Below, piece after piece: positions 1 through 9,739 of a stretch of 64,000 nucleotides of DNA. How positions within the stretch are numbered: the first letter of the stretch is position 1; every line of letters starts with the position of its first letter. Source of the stretch: Candidatus Omnitrophota bacterium (GTDB lineage Bacteria > Omnitrophota > Gorgyraeia > Gygaellales > Profunditerraquicolaceae); NCBI GenBank assembly GCA_029561735.1, contig JAKQWZ010000019.1, positions 19,388 to 83,387 on the forward strand. The letters run 5' to 3'. Position numbers and translations under genes: made by a program. Under the pieces are notes generated by a model. That model was not told the origin of the DNA and searched no databases. It saw nothing but the letters and a program-made list of their open reading frames with translations.

Positions 1-1112
1 CGTCCGTTCTCGCCGAGCCTTTTGGCATAACCCGGGCTGTTCAATAACTGCTTTATCGCAAAACCCGCCCCGTCTATTGAATGGCAGAGCAAGCCCGAAT
101 ACTTATGTTTTATCTGCAAAGGAATACCGCCCACATTAGAAGCTACGACCGGCTTGGCTTTCCATAGCGCCTCGGCAACAGTAAGGCCAAAACCCTCTTT
201 CAGCGACTTCTGGATAATAACATCCGAGGCCCTCTGCAAGGCATTCACCTCTATATCATTTTGAGACAATAATAATATATGGATATCGCTGTCGCCCTTG
301 GCTTTTTCTATAACTTCATCAATGACCTTTGCGCCTTCCGGGTCATCGGCAGCTGTGCCTCCGGCAAGTATCAACTGGCAATCAATATATTTCTTAACCA
401 GAGAATACGCATCTATTACCCCTAACGGATCTTTTAAGCGGTCAAAACGCGATATCTGAGTTATAATCGGTTTATTTCTGATAATGCCGTATTTTTTCAA
501 TACAGCATCAATTATTTCAGGCGCAAGCTCCATATTTTTCTCGCTTAAGGGGTCAATTGAGGGAGAAATAAGAAATTGCCTTATCGGCAGCTTCTGGGCA
601 AAAGACGGAGAGGAAAAAACAGCCGAATCATATTTAACGATAAAATCCATCAGGAATTCCCATACCCTTTTATTCGGGTTTGAAACATCTATGTGGCAGC
701 GCCAGATCCATTTATTGCCGGATTTTTTATTTACCAGGGCTATCGGCTGAGGGTCATGGATAAACATTATGTCTGCCTGGGTTTCCATGCTTTCTATATT
801 ATGCCGGCTTGTTTCCATAAATACCTCAAAATCCTTATCCGTTACCTCTTCCGGCCTGCCGTGCAGGACATTATGGAATTTTTTTGTCACTTCAAAAAAC
901 TGCTCGCCGCCTTTTATCACATCCCATTTTGCGTCTACACCTAAATCTTTTATCAAAGGAGACATGCGGCTTAATATCTCGGCGACCCCGCCACCTACAG
1001 AAGTAGAATTTATATGCTGGATAGTTTTGCCTTTCAGCTTATCTGCCAGCAATCTCAAATCATCAATAATAGACTGTCCTACTATGGGGATATATTCTTC
1101 AAGCTTTGCCAT
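1..1112 (-). CDS. treT: Trehalose glycosyltransferring synthase (GT4), 3' end outside window
   Basis: Not in the ORF track because it runs off the edge. ATG at 1112 reads MAKLEEYIPIVG..HINSTSVGGGVAEIL..FFEVTKKFHNVLHG, later QISRFDRLKDPLGV and KSLKEGFGLTVAEALWK (GT4/TreT motifs). Located in a trehalose cluster. Confidence 0.88.
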   Translation of the reverse strand, partial: MAKLEEYIPIVGQSIIDDLRLLADKLKGKTIQHINSTSVGGGVAEILSRMSPLIKDLGVDAKWDVIKGGEQFFEVTKKFHNVLHGRPEEVTDKDFEVFMETSRHNIESMETQADIMFIHDPQPIALVNKKSGNKWIWRCHIDVSNPNKRVWEFLMDFIVKYDSAVFSSPSFAQKLPIRQFLISPSIDPLSEKNMELAPEIIDAVLKKYGIIRNKPIITQISRFDRLKDPLGVIDAYSLVKKYIDCQLILAGGTAADDPEGAKVIDEVIEKAKGDSDIHILLLSQNDIEVNALQRASDVIIQKSLKEGFGLTVAEALWKAKPVVASNVGGIPLQIKHKYSGLLCHSIDGAGFAIKQLLNSPGYAKRLGENG

Positions 1113-1784
1113 TTATTCTAAGATCCTTTTTTCAATTATATGGATTATATTATTGCGCAGGTCTTCCAGGGTGCGGGTATACGGGTCAAAAGAACAAATC
1201 TCATCTGCCAGCAGTTTATCCCCCAGGGAATCCTCTATCCAGAAAGAAAAATCATTTGACGACCTTTCAAGCCTGAGCCGCGCCTCAAAAATATGAAAAT
1301 AAATAGAATCAATAGTGATCTTTTTCAATATTTGTACAAAATCTTCCAGATTATAAGCAACATAATCTGTGGGCAGGATAAAACTTACGGATTTGACAAA
1401 ATGGAACTCTTCTCCGGACCTGGCAAATTTAAGCTTGGCCATAGGGTTATTTTGCAGGTACTCCTCTATTGTCCGGGTTATTTTCGCCCTCAAGCCGCTG
1501 ATAGTTGAAAACTCCATAGTGTCAATACTCGCCAAGTTCTCTCCTAATTCATCTTCTCCTAATATTTCGCTCACCCAATAGGCGAAATCATTGGGCGGTT
1601 CCGGAGAAAGATACTGATGCTGCTGTAGAAACCTGTGGGTATGGTGGTAGATGCATGAACCGGGCACTTCTTTAATAAGCGTTACAAACTGGCTTAGGGT
1701 CGTTGCCCTTAAGCCGGTTAATTCCGAAAGATGCAATCTTGTGCTGAATCTAAACGGGCCCTTTGCTTGCCGGTGTTTAATCAT
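1113..1784 (-). CDS. DUF5752-family protein (TreT-associated)
   Basis: Two internal repeats (CIYHH..NDFAYW / SIYFH..NDFSFW), typical of the uncharacterised partner encoded next to treT. Confidence 0.75.
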   Translation of the reverse strand: MIKHRQAKGPFRFSTRLHLSELTGLRATTLSQFVTLIKEVPGSCIYHHTHRFLQQHQYLSPEPPNDFAYWVSEILGEDELGENLASIDTMEFSTISGLRAKITRTIEEYLQNNPMAKLKFARSGEEFHFVKSVSFILPTDYVAYNLEDFVQILKKITIDSIYFHIFEARLRLERSSNDFSFWIEDSLGDKLLADEICSFDPYTRTLEDLRNNIIHIIEKRILE

Positions 1785-2578
1785 TTTTCTTTTATCAACT
1801 CCAGATCCTGTAATAATTGCGCAACCTGCGCAGGGTTTTTTACATAATATTGGGCTTCGGATTGCCCGGATTCGCCCACAAATACAGTCAGCCCTTTGCC
1901 CCTTAGCGCCTTAAAAGCATCCTCATCCGTAACATCATCTCCTATATAAATGGGAAAGACCTGCTTATCTTTGGATGCAAATACCTGCCGGGATAAAAGC
2001 CATAACACAACTTTGCCCTTGTCCCATTGCACTGCAGGGCAAACCTCAAATATCTTCTTGCCGTACTTGACTTTGAGCCCTGCATTCTCCTTATACGGCG
2101 CTAATGCCTCCTCAAATATTGCTTTTATCTGCGGTATTTGGCTCTCTTCTGCCATCCGGTAATGCAGGCTTAAACTCAAGCCCTTGTCCTCAATCAGCAG
2201 GCCTTTAATAGAAGAATAATTCCCGGCCAAAACACCTTTTATTTGTTCAAGATTTTTCCTGAAATCCGCGGCAACGGTATAGACAAACTTTATTTTCGGC
2301 CCTTCAATCTCCAGGCCATGGTTGCCGGAATATATTATATTATCTATCTTTATTTTTTCTTTCAGGTCGCTTATACTGCGGCCGCTAATAAAAGCCAGGC
2401 AGATTTGGGGGTTAGCGGCCAGCTTTTTGATCAGCCCGCTGGTTTCATCGCTAAGGGTAGCCTGGTCCGGAGTTGCGGTAATAGGCGCTACTGTGCCGTC
2501 AAAATCCAGAAATATGAACAGATATTTATCTTTGAGGCTTTCCTGGATCCGGCCCCAATTATCAAACAGATAATCCAT
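1781..2578 (-). CDS. otsB: Trehalose-6-phosphate phosphatase (HAD)
   Basis: FLDFDGTVAPI, ISGRS, GNHGLE, HYR, WDKG, YIGDDVTDEDAF motifs. Confidence 0.93.
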   Translation of the reverse strand: MDYLFDNWGRIQESLKDKYLFIFLDFDGTVAPITATPDQATLSDETSGLIKKLAANPQICLAFISGRSISDLKEKIKIDNIIYSGNHGLEIEGPKIKFVYTVAADFRKNLEQIKGVLAGNYSSIKGLLIEDKGLSLSLHYRMAEESQIPQIKAIFEEALAPYKENAGLKVKYGKKIFEVCPAVQWDKGKVVLWLLSRQVFASKDKQVFPIYIGDDVTDEDAFKALRGKGLTVFVGESGQSEAQYYVKNPAQVAQLLQDLELIKEK

Positions 2579-2582
2579 ATTT

Positions 2583-4823
2583 TTATGGCTGGTTTTTGTT
2601 TAAAGCGGTTAATTCCGTGATTATGTTGCCTGCCCAGCGGTAAATGTTATTTTCTGCCACTATCTTGCGCATATTCTGCATACGCCGCAGCCTTTCCTCT
2701 ACGGGCATTTCCACGGTAAACTTAATAGCGTCAGCGAATTCTTCTATTGAATACGGGTTTATCTGCACTGCATCAGTCAATTCTCTGGCAGCTCCGGTAA
2801 AGCGGCTAAGCATCAAAGCGCCGCTTGAATCAGACCGCGAAGATACATATTCTTTTGCCACCAGGTTCATTCCGTCGTGCAATGAGCTGACAATACAGAT
2901 ATCCGCCAAAAGATAATATGGCTTGACTTCTTCAGGAGAGAAATACCTCTTAAGATAAATTATCGGCCTCCAGATACCGTCGGAATATTTCCAATTTTTC
3001 TTTTCCACCAGCTCATCTATCTCGCCTATGAGGTCATGATAACGTTTTATGTGCGTACGGCTGGGGGCGGCCAGCTGGATAAAGACAAATTTATCCTTGT
3101 ATTGAGGGTATTTTTCTAAAAACCGGTCAATAGCAAGTATCCGCTCGACTATCCCCTTGGTATAATCTATCCTGTCAACTCCGACGGCGACTATCTTATC
3201 CTGCAGCTGCAATTCATGGCGGATTGATTCTATCTTTTCTGTCTCAGCTTTAGTCGTTTTAACATTGGCGTACCCGTCAACGCTGATCGGAAAAGACCTG
3301 ACAAACGTCTCCCTGCTGCCCCTGATAACGCTGAACTTTTCCGTATCAACGCGGCATTCAATCAGCCGGTTTGCCGTATCCAAAAAGTTATTGCAATGCA
3401 CCTGCACATGAAAACCGATCAGATCGCATGAGAGCATACCGTCAAGTATCTCATGCTGATAAGGACAGATGGCAAATACTTCGGGGTTCGGCCATGGTAT
3501 ATGCCAGAATAAGGCTATAGTGACATCAGGCCTTTTCTCCTTAATCATTTTGGCCAGCAGAGTAAAATGATAATCCTGTATGAAAACAAAGGGGTTCTTT
3601 GCAGGCAGTTCTTCTAAAACGCTATTGGCAAATTTCTGGTTGACCTCTTTATACATCTGCCAGTCAGTTTCCCTGAATATAGGGCGCGTATGGGTAACAT
3701 GGCATAGCGGCCACAGGCCTTCGTTGGAAAAACCATAGTAGTAACCGTCCTCTTCTTCTTTGTTCAGCCAGACCCTTTTTAGAATATAACGGTTATCTTC
3801 CGGAGGAACGCCTAATTTGTTCTTGGAGTTTATGAATTTTCTATCTGCATCGCCGCTCCCGTGGGCAATCCAGGTGCCACCGCATGCGCGTAATATCGGG
3901 TCTATGGCAGTGACAACGCCGCTGGCAGGGCGCACGCACTTAGGCGTGCCGCTTATATCATTAGAAACATGCATATAAGGCTCCCTGTTAGATACTACAA
4001 TAAAAGTATTCTCTCCGAGCTTGGCATGAATGAGGTCCCTTAATTTATCTTCTGTCCAGGCCTCTTCTTTTTGAATGCGGGCATGCGCTTTTTCGGATAC
4101 GGCCTTGCGGGCAACCCTCAAGCCCAATGCCACCTGCTCCACTTCGCTTACCAGTTTGCCAAATTCTCCCTTTTCCTCAAATGGGCGGAGTTTTTCCAGC
4201 TCGCCTTTTTGAAAATGAGTAAACCATTGCGTAAGCCTTCGCACAGGCAGAATAAAAATCTGCCTCTGGATTAACAGGGCAATCCCAATAATAGATACTA
4301 TTAGAATAATCAGGGTAATGCTTATCCTTTTCCACAAAACAGCCAGAGTGGTGAACAAATAGGATGTATCATAAACAACCTCTACTGCTCCCAGTAAACT
4401 TTCATCGTCTCCTAAAATCGGCAGGATATAGCTATACACCGAATAATCCCCGAATTTTTCTATTCCCCCGCGGGCAGCCCTGGCATTAAAAGAATCTTTG
4501 ACATAAGGCTTATCTTTCTGCCCCCAGCCGGAGATCCTTTCGGTAATAGCCAGGATCGCGCCTTCCTTATCATAAACTACGCAACCCTGCATCCTCTCTC
4601 TCTTCTGGAAGCTTTCCGCCAGGCGCTTAATTGATTTTAAATCATTATTAATCAGCGCATACCTTGCTGATAATTCAACGCTTTCAGCAACGGTCTTGGC
4701 CTTCCTTTTCAGGTCATCCATCAGCTTATCCTCTTCGTATTTGACCTGAATTATGCCGAAAATGGTCAATGCAGCCGATACTATAATCAAAATCGGCAAT
4801 ATGAATAATAAAATCCTCTTCAT
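2583..4823 (-). CDS. otsA: Trehalose-6-phosphate synthase (GT20) fused to an N-terminal TM / extracytoplasmic domain / TM / HAMP-like module
   Basis: VVSNREP, QDYH, FWHIPWP, VDRIDYTKG, DGMNLVAKEY motifs. The first ~260 aa have two hydrophobic helices around a soluble domain, then a HAMP-like PVRRL..GEFGKL segment. Confidence 0.92.
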   Translation of the reverse strand: MKRILLFILPILIIVSAALTIFGIIQVKYEEDKLMDDLKRKAKTVAESVELSARYALINNDLKSIKRLAESFQKRERMQGCVVYDKEGAILAITERISGWGQKDKPYVKDSFNARAARGGIEKFGDYSVYSYILPILGDDESLLGAVEVVYDTSYLFTTLAVLWKRISITLIILIVSIIGIALLIQRQIFILPVRRLTQWFTHFQKGELEKLRPFEEKGEFGKLVSEVEQVALGLRVARKAVSEKAHARIQKEEAWTEDKLRDLIHAKLGENTFIVVSNREPYMHVSNDISGTPKCVRPASGVVTAIDPILRACGGTWIAHGSGDADRKFINSKNKLGVPPEDNRYILKRVWLNKEEEDGYYYGFSNEGLWPLCHVTHTRPIFRETDWQMYKEVNQKFANSVLEELPAKNPFVFIQDYHFTLLAKMIKEKRPDVTIALFWHIPWPNPEVFAICPYQHEILDGMLSCDLIGFHVQVHCNNFLDTANRLIECRVDTEKFSVIRGSRETFVRSFPISVDGYANVKTTKAETEKIESIRHELQLQDKIVAVGVDRIDYTKGIVERILAIDRFLEKYPQYKDKFVFIQLAAPSRTHIKRYHDLIGEIDELVEKKNWKYSDGIWRPIIYLKRYFSPEEVKPYYLLADICIVSSLHDGMNLVAKEYVSSRSDSSGALMLSRFTGAARELTDAVQINPYSIEEFADAIKFTVEMPVEERLRRMQNMRKIVAENNIYRWAGNIITELTALNKNQP

Positions 4824-4835
4824 TAAGCTCTCCTT

Positions 4836-4873
4836 AAAATAAAATTGCCACCTTGCCCTTAATGCAAGATGGC
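4836..4873 (-). terminator. Intrinsic terminator in the otsA leader (riboswitch expression platform)
   Basis: GCCATCTTGC-N7-GCAAGGTGGC followed by AATTTTATTTT, upstream of the AAGGAG SD and otsA ATG. Confidence 0.75.
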
Positions 4874-4920
4874 GGCCCGGCCATCTGAAAAAATCCTCCG
4901 GGAATATACCCCGGACCCTT
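4865..4920 (-). ncRNA. Candidate monovalent-cation riboswitch (nhaA-I/DUF1646-like, Li+/Na+ classes)
   Basis: Minus strand reads AAGGG-TCCGGGG TATA TTCCCGGA-GG..C-AGATGGC CGGGCC GCCATCT: two hairpins with the GGGU..AGG and GGYCGGGCCGCC signatures. The 3' arm is shared with a terminator. Confidence 0.7.
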
Positions 4921-4924
4921 ATTT

Positions 4925-4952
4925 ATTATAACATTATATTAACAATTATCAA
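4925..4952 (-). promoter_or_regulatory. Sigma70-type promoter of the trehalose operon
   Basis: TTGATA-N16-TATAAT with extended TG; predicted start coincides with the 5' end of the aptamer. Confidence 0.65.
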
Positions 4953-4954
4953 GC

Positions 4955-6631
4955 CTACCCCTTATACCCGTTAGTGATGGGCATGCGGCGGTCCCTGCCG
5001 AATGCCTTGGGCGTAATCTTAATGCCCGGCGGAGACTGCCTGCGTTTATATTCGCTCCTGTCCACTAAACGCATTACATCCAAAACCGTTTCTTTTTTAA
5101 AGCCGGACTTTACAATCTGATTTAACTCCTTATCTTCTTCCACATATGCTTTTAAAATAGGATCTAATTCCGCATAAGGCGGTAGCGTATCTTCGTCTTT
5201 CTGGTTATGCCTGAGTTCTGCCGTAGGCGGCTTGGTAAAAATACGTTCCGGAATGATCTGATGCACGGAATTTTTCCACCTGCAGATCTTATAAACCAGC
5301 GTCTTAGGGACATCTTTGACTACGGCCAGGCCTCCTGCCATATCCCCGTAAAGAGTGGCATATCCTGTGCTCATCTCGGATTTATTTCCTGTGGTAAGCA
5401 CCAGCCAGTGGAATTTATTAGATAAAGCCATAAGGATATTGCCGCGTATGCGGGCCTGAAGGTTTTCTTCGGTGATGTTTCTTTCCAGGCCAGCAAAATG
5501 AGGCTCTAATATCATCAAATACATCTTATATGCCTGCTCAATAGAAATATTTATAAATTGTATCCCTAAATTCCGGCAAAGCTGCTTAGCGTCAATCTCG
5601 GATTCCGGGGAAGAATAATGCGTAGGCATAAAAACGCCCGTAACATTATCTTTTCCCAATGCATCGGCAGCCACAGAAGCAACCAGCGCCGAATCAATCC
5701 CTCCGCTTACGCCGATAACTGCTTTGCCAAAACCGTTTTTACCCGCATAATCCTTTACTCCCAGCACCAGGGCCCGGTAGACCTCTTCCGGAGCAGTCAA
5801 AGCCTGAAAATGCCGTTTTGGCAATTTAGGTTTTTTCCGTAACGCCGGGTATTTTTCCAATAATATAACTTTTTTCGATCCAGCCCTGGCAGGAACCACC
5901 TTGAGGTCAACCATAAGCAAGTCCTCTTCAAAAGCAGCAGCCTTTTGAATAATATTCCCTTTTGCCGATACAACCATGCTTTGGCCGTCGAAAACCAGTT
6001 CATCCTGCCCTCCGGAAAGGTTCACATAAGCAATATCCACCCGGCTCTTTTTTGCCTGCCCTCTTAATATGGATTCCCTTAACTTTACTTTTCCGGCATA
6101 ATACGGCGAGGCATTAATATTTAAGACAAGTTTTGCGCCCAATTTCGCATGCATCATTGCCGGGCCGTCTTTATGCCAGATATCCTCGCAAATATTCACT
6201 GCGAACACCAATCCGCCGTAATTAAAAACCATGGTTTTTTCACCAGGTTCAAAATACCGCTCTTCGTCAAACACGCCGTAATTAGGCAAGAACATTTTAT
6301 GGTATATTCCGCGGATTTTGCCTTTATATACAATTGCTGCCGCATTATATAAAGACCCTCCATGCCGGTCTACAAAACCGATAACTGCGACTATGTCCCT
6401 GACTTCTCCGGCCAACTGCTTAAGTTCATGGATATTATCGGCGATAAATTTAGGTTTTAACAATAGATCTTCCGGCGGATAACCGGTAACTGCCAATTCC
6501 GGAAAACAGGCTATATCCACTCCGGCGTCTTCGCACCTTTTAAGATAATAGCGTATCTTGGAACAATTTGCCTCCAAGTCGCCGACTCGGCAATTAATCT
6601 GGGCTAAAGCTATTCTTATATTATTTTTCAT
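4955..6631 (-). CDS. nadE: Glutamine-dependent NAD+ synthetase
   Basis: Nitrilase domain (FPELAVTGYPPEDL, KMFLPNYGVFDE, ICEDIW) plus synthetase domain (SGGIDS, ENLQARIRG, TGNKSE, EYKRRQ). Confidence 0.96.
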   Translation of the reverse strand: MKNNIRIALAQINCRVGDLEANCSKIRYYLKRCEDAGVDIACFPELAVTGYPPEDLLLKPKFIADNIHELKQLAGEVRDIVAVIGFVDRHGGSLYNAAAIVYKGKIRGIYHKMFLPNYGVFDEERYFEPGEKTMVFNYGGLVFAVNICEDIWHKDGPAMMHAKLGAKLVLNINASPYYAGKVKLRESILRGQAKKSRVDIAYVNLSGGQDELVFDGQSMVVSAKGNIIQKAAAFEEDLLMVDLKVVPARAGSKKVILLEKYPALRKKPKLPKRHFQALTAPEEVYRALVLGVKDYAGKNGFGKAVIGVSGGIDSALVASVAADALGKDNVTGVFMPTHYSSPESEIDAKQLCRNLGIQFINISIEQAYKMYLMILEPHFAGLERNITEENLQARIRGNILMALSNKFHWLVLTTGNKSEMSTGYATLYGDMAGGLAVVKDVPKTLVYKICRWKNSVHQIIPERIFTKPPTAELRHNQKDEDTLPPYAELDPILKAYVEEDKELNQIVKSGFKKETVLDVMRLVDRSEYKRRQSPPGIKITPKAFGRDRRMPITNGYKG

Positions 6632-6693
6632 GATATGAATATTCTACTCTTACTGCCAACTACTTCAAGCGGAAAAATCACCTTAAAGCCGCT

Positions 6694-6723
6694 TTGCAGG
6701 TCAGGCTTAAACCTGCCCTGCAA
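6694..6723. repeat. Intergenic hairpin (terminator or degenerate REP-like palindrome) after the hydrogenase operon
   Basis: TTGCAGGTCAGG-CTTAAA-CCTGCCCTGCAA, 11/12-bp stem, no adjacent U tract. Confidence 0.5.
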
Positions 6724-6736
6724 TAATCTCCTGAAG

Positions 6737-7231
6737 CTAATTAGATTCTTTAATTAACTCTTGGATTATTTCTTTTAAATGCATTACAGCGTGCTTGACC
6801 TCTTCGCTTACTTGAGCAGAAAATTTGACTGATTTAGGCTGGATACCGATGACCATTATATCGCTCTTCAGGCTCATCCGCAAATATTGCGCAAGCATCT
6901 TCAGCGGCAGGCGGTGTGTAGAAAACGAGTCTCCCGCAGTTTGTTCCGGGTCAAAAATCCTGATTGTCCCCGGTTTTTCCTGCAAGTCAGCGCAATCTAT
7001 AATAATTAAATGTGTGGGGCTATACTTTTTTATTTCACCGGTGAGGTTTTCCGGGGCAGTGGCTCCGATAAAAATGCGGAATTTTCCGGTATTCTCCAGC
7101 CCTTGAACAGCCAAAAGCCCTGCCGCATCATCGCCTTTTAAATCCGAACCTATTGCCAAAAGCGCGACTCTCTGTGCTGATCCCAGCCTATTCTCCAGAG
7201 CTTTCTTTATTTCCTGCAATACTTGGGCCAT
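6737..7231 (-). CDS. hycI: Hydrogenase maturation endopeptidase (HycI-like)
   Basis: IGSDLKGDDAAG, APEN, IIDCAD, STHRLPL, GIQP motifs. Confidence 0.9.
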   Translation of the reverse strand: MAQVLQEIKKALENRLGSAQRVALLAIGSDLKGDDAAGLLAVQGLENTGKFRIFIGATAPENLTGEIKKYSPTHLIIIDCADLQEKPGTIRIFDPEQTAGDSFSTHRLPLKMLAQYLRMSLKSDIMVIGIQPKSVKFSAQVSEEVKHAVMHLKEIIQELIKESN

Positions 7232-7580
7232 CGGTCAGGGTAATTTTTAACTTCTTGGGGTCTAATTGGGCGAGCTCAAATTCAGAGGTTAACCCTAAGG
7301 CTTTTTTCAGGCAAGAATCAACGCACTGGCCGCAATAAATACATTTACCCAAATCAAGGTCAGCTTCAAATTTTTTCTCTCCTACCTGCCTGATCACTAT
7401 AGCGCCTGTGGGGCAGTCTTTCATGCACATCTTACATCCTATGCACTTAGATGCGTCAAATTTTAATTTGCCGCGAAACCCTTTAGGCATGCCTGACTTA
7501 TCAGCCGGATAATTCACAGTTGCCGGTTTTTTAGTCAAAGAGCTCAAAAGTTGCCTGATCATTGCCCCGGGCCAGATCAT
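7188..7580 (-). CDS. Group 4 hydrogenase 2[4Fe-4S] subunit (NuoI/HycF/EchF-like)
   Basis: CIGCKMCMKDCP and CIYCGQCVDSC ferredoxin motifs; ATVNYP..GFRG. Confidence 0.9.
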   Translation of the reverse strand: MIWPGAMIRQLLSSLTKKPATVNYPADKSGMPKGFRGKLKFDASKCIGCKMCMKDCPTGAIVIRQVGEKKFEADLDLGKCIYCGQCVDSCLKKALGLTSEFELAQLDPKKLKITLTDGPSIAGNKESSGE

Positions 7581-8518
7581 TTGAATAAAGCTCCTTTAAG
7601 AATAAGGTTTATTATAACCTGCAAGAACGCCAGCGGAGCAAACACTCTCCAGCATAAATTGATCATCTGGTCAAGCCTCAAGCGGGCAAAAAGCGAACGC
7701 AGTAATGAAACCAGAGAAATAAGCGCCGCGACTTTTAACACATAGATAATAAAACCGGCGATTGGCCCGGCATCCAACCACCATGGCATAAATACCGCTG
7801 CCAAAAGGCTGATACCGACTACCATCTCAATATTTATGGATAATCTGAATAATGCCAGGAGCCGGCCGCTATATTCGGTAAAACTGCCGGCAACGATCTC
7901 TGTTTCAGCTTCGGGTATATCAAAAGGGACTTTTTCCAATTTTCCTAAAAGCGTAATTTGAGCGATTACAAACCCAAGGATATTAAATACCCAATACCCC
8001 GGATGCGCGCTGTAAAATGCGGCCATTTTGCTTAAAGACCAGGTATCTGCCAAAAGCGCTGCAGCAAGTATGGTCATAAATAGCGGGACTTCATAGGCAA
8101 AAAGCTGGGTCAAAGACCTGACTGCCCCGATCATTGAAAACACCGAACGCGAATACCACCCTCCGAGAAAATAAGTCAAGATCGGCACAGTCAACAGGTA
8201 TAATACAACAACTACGTCGCCGTTAAACGAATAAAGCGCATTTTTTCCCCAAAGCGGGATATAGAAAAAAGCGCAAGACACAGAAGTAAGCGCAAAAACC
8301 GGCATCAGTTTAAAAACCCGGTTATCTGCCTCTTCAGGAATAATATCCTCCTTGCCCAAAAGTTTGATAAAATCAGCCAGCGGCTGAAACCACGGAGGGC
8401 CGACCCTGTTTTGCAGGCGAGCACCCAATTTACGGTCGAAGAACTCAGCAGCTAAGCTGAAAAAAAACAAAAACAGCAAACCGGGGAATATCAGGATATT
8501 AAAAATCGGCATTAACAT
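7577..8518 (-). CDS. Group 4 hydrogenase membrane subunit (NuoH/HycD/EchB-like)
   Basis: RKLGARLQNRVGPP, QPLADFIKLLGKE, PFDIPEAETEIVAGSFTEYSG. Confidence 0.92.
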   Translation of the reverse strand: MLMPIFNILIFPGLLFLFFFSLAAEFFDRKLGARLQNRVGPPWFQPLADFIKLLGKEDIIPEEADNRVFKLMPVFALTSVSCAFFYIPLWGKNALYSFNGDVVVVLYLLTVPILTYFLGGWYSRSVFSMIGAVRSLTQLFAYEVPLFMTILAAALLADTWSLSKMAAFYSAHPGYWVFNILGFVIAQITLLGKLEKVPFDIPEAETEIVAGSFTEYSGRLLALFRLSINIEMVVGISLLAAVFMPWWLDAGPIAGFIIYVLKVAALISLVSLLRSLFARLRLDQMINLCWRVFAPLAFLQVIINLILKGALFK

Positions 8519-8521
8519 TTT

Positions 8522-9739
8522 TTAGAAAGTTTTATTCAATTTTGCAAAATCTATCCCCCGCTTCTTGTACCACTCAATACTATCGCGGTGGATCTTTTCC
8601 CATTCAAATGTATTTTTGGAATTATGATCAACATAATTTATGCTAACCAGCCTGTCTGTGCATGAAAAACACGGGTCAATTGCCGCTACCACTATCGGCA
8701 TATCAGCCAGGTACCTGTCCTCAAGCATAAGCGCGACTGCCTGCACATTAGCTAAAGTCGGAGCGCGCACTTTTACGCGGTCCGGTTTATCTGTCCCGTT
8801 GGCCCTGACATAATGCAGGTCTTCTCCTCTGGGCGCTTCATAACGGCTGACAGCTTCTCCAACAGGGATCTTCCTTGGCGCCCGCACTGAAATCGGCCCC
8901 TCAGGCAATTTAGCCAGCAGCTGGCGTATTATTTGAAAAGATTCCATCAGCTCTAGCACCCTCACAATGGTCCTGCCATAAACATCGCAGGTATTGTGCG
9001 TGATCACTTTAAAATCAATATCAGCATAAGCAGCATAGGGATCGTCTTTTCTTACATCGCGCTGCACTCCTGATGCGCGCGCAGTCGGGCCTACCGCGCC
9101 CATGCGTATTGCGTCTTCATAAGAAAGCATGCCTACTTTGGACAGCCTGTTGATCAGGGTAGGCTCCTCGCCGGCAATCTTAATATAATATTTTGTCCTT
9201 TCTTCCAGCGTATCCACTCCCTTAAGGACTTGAGGTATCTGCTCAGCTTTTATATCGCGCCTTACTCCGCCGATAGTATTCATACCATAATTCACCCGGT
9301 TCCCGGTCAGTTGTGCCAGAATATCCATAACCACTTCCCTGTCGCGCCAGGTATACATCAATAAAGTGTCAAATCCGATCTCATGCCCGGCAACGCCCAA
9401 CCACAAAAGATGGCTGTGGACCCTTTCTAATTCAGCGACTATTGTGCGGATATACTTTGCCCGGGCCGGTATCTCAATACCGGCAATCTCTTCCACTGCC
9501 TGAGCAAAAGCAGTTGAATGCGAATGCGAGCAAATCCCGCATATCCGTTCAATCAAATAAAGATCTTGAATATAAGTCCTGCCCTCGCAGGCCTTTTCTA
9601 TACCGCGGTGATTATAACCGATTTTAACCGAAGCGGCGGTGATCTTTTCGCCGCGCAAGGTCAGCAAAAAACTCTCCGGTTCTTTTAATGCCGGGTGCTG
9701 CGGGCCTATAGGGACTTTCACATCTCCTGTATTATGCAT
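8522..9739 (-). CDS. Group 4 [NiFe]-hydrogenase large subunit
   Basis: GPQHP, HRGIEK, L1 motif ERICGICS, L2 motif DPCFSCTDR followed by a ~40-aa cleavable C-terminal extension. Confidence 0.95.
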   Translation of the reverse strand: MHNTGDVKVPIGPQHPALKEPESFLLTLRGEKITAASVKIGYNHRGIEKACEGRTYIQDLYLIERICGICSHSHSTAFAQAVEEIAGIEIPARAKYIRTIVAELERVHSHLLWLGVAGHEIGFDTLLMYTWRDREVVMDILAQLTGNRVNYGMNTIGGVRRDIKAEQIPQVLKGVDTLEERTKYYIKIAGEEPTLINRLSKVGMLSYEDAIRMGAVGPTARASGVQRDVRKDDPYAAYADIDFKVITHNTCDVYGRTIVRVLELMESFQIIRQLLAKLPEGPISVRAPRKIPVGEAVSRYEAPRGEDLHYVRANGTDKPDRVKVRAPTLANVQAVALMLEDRYLADMPIVVAAIDPCFSCTDRLVSINYVDHNSKNTFEWEKIHRDSIEWYKKRGIDFAKLNKTF

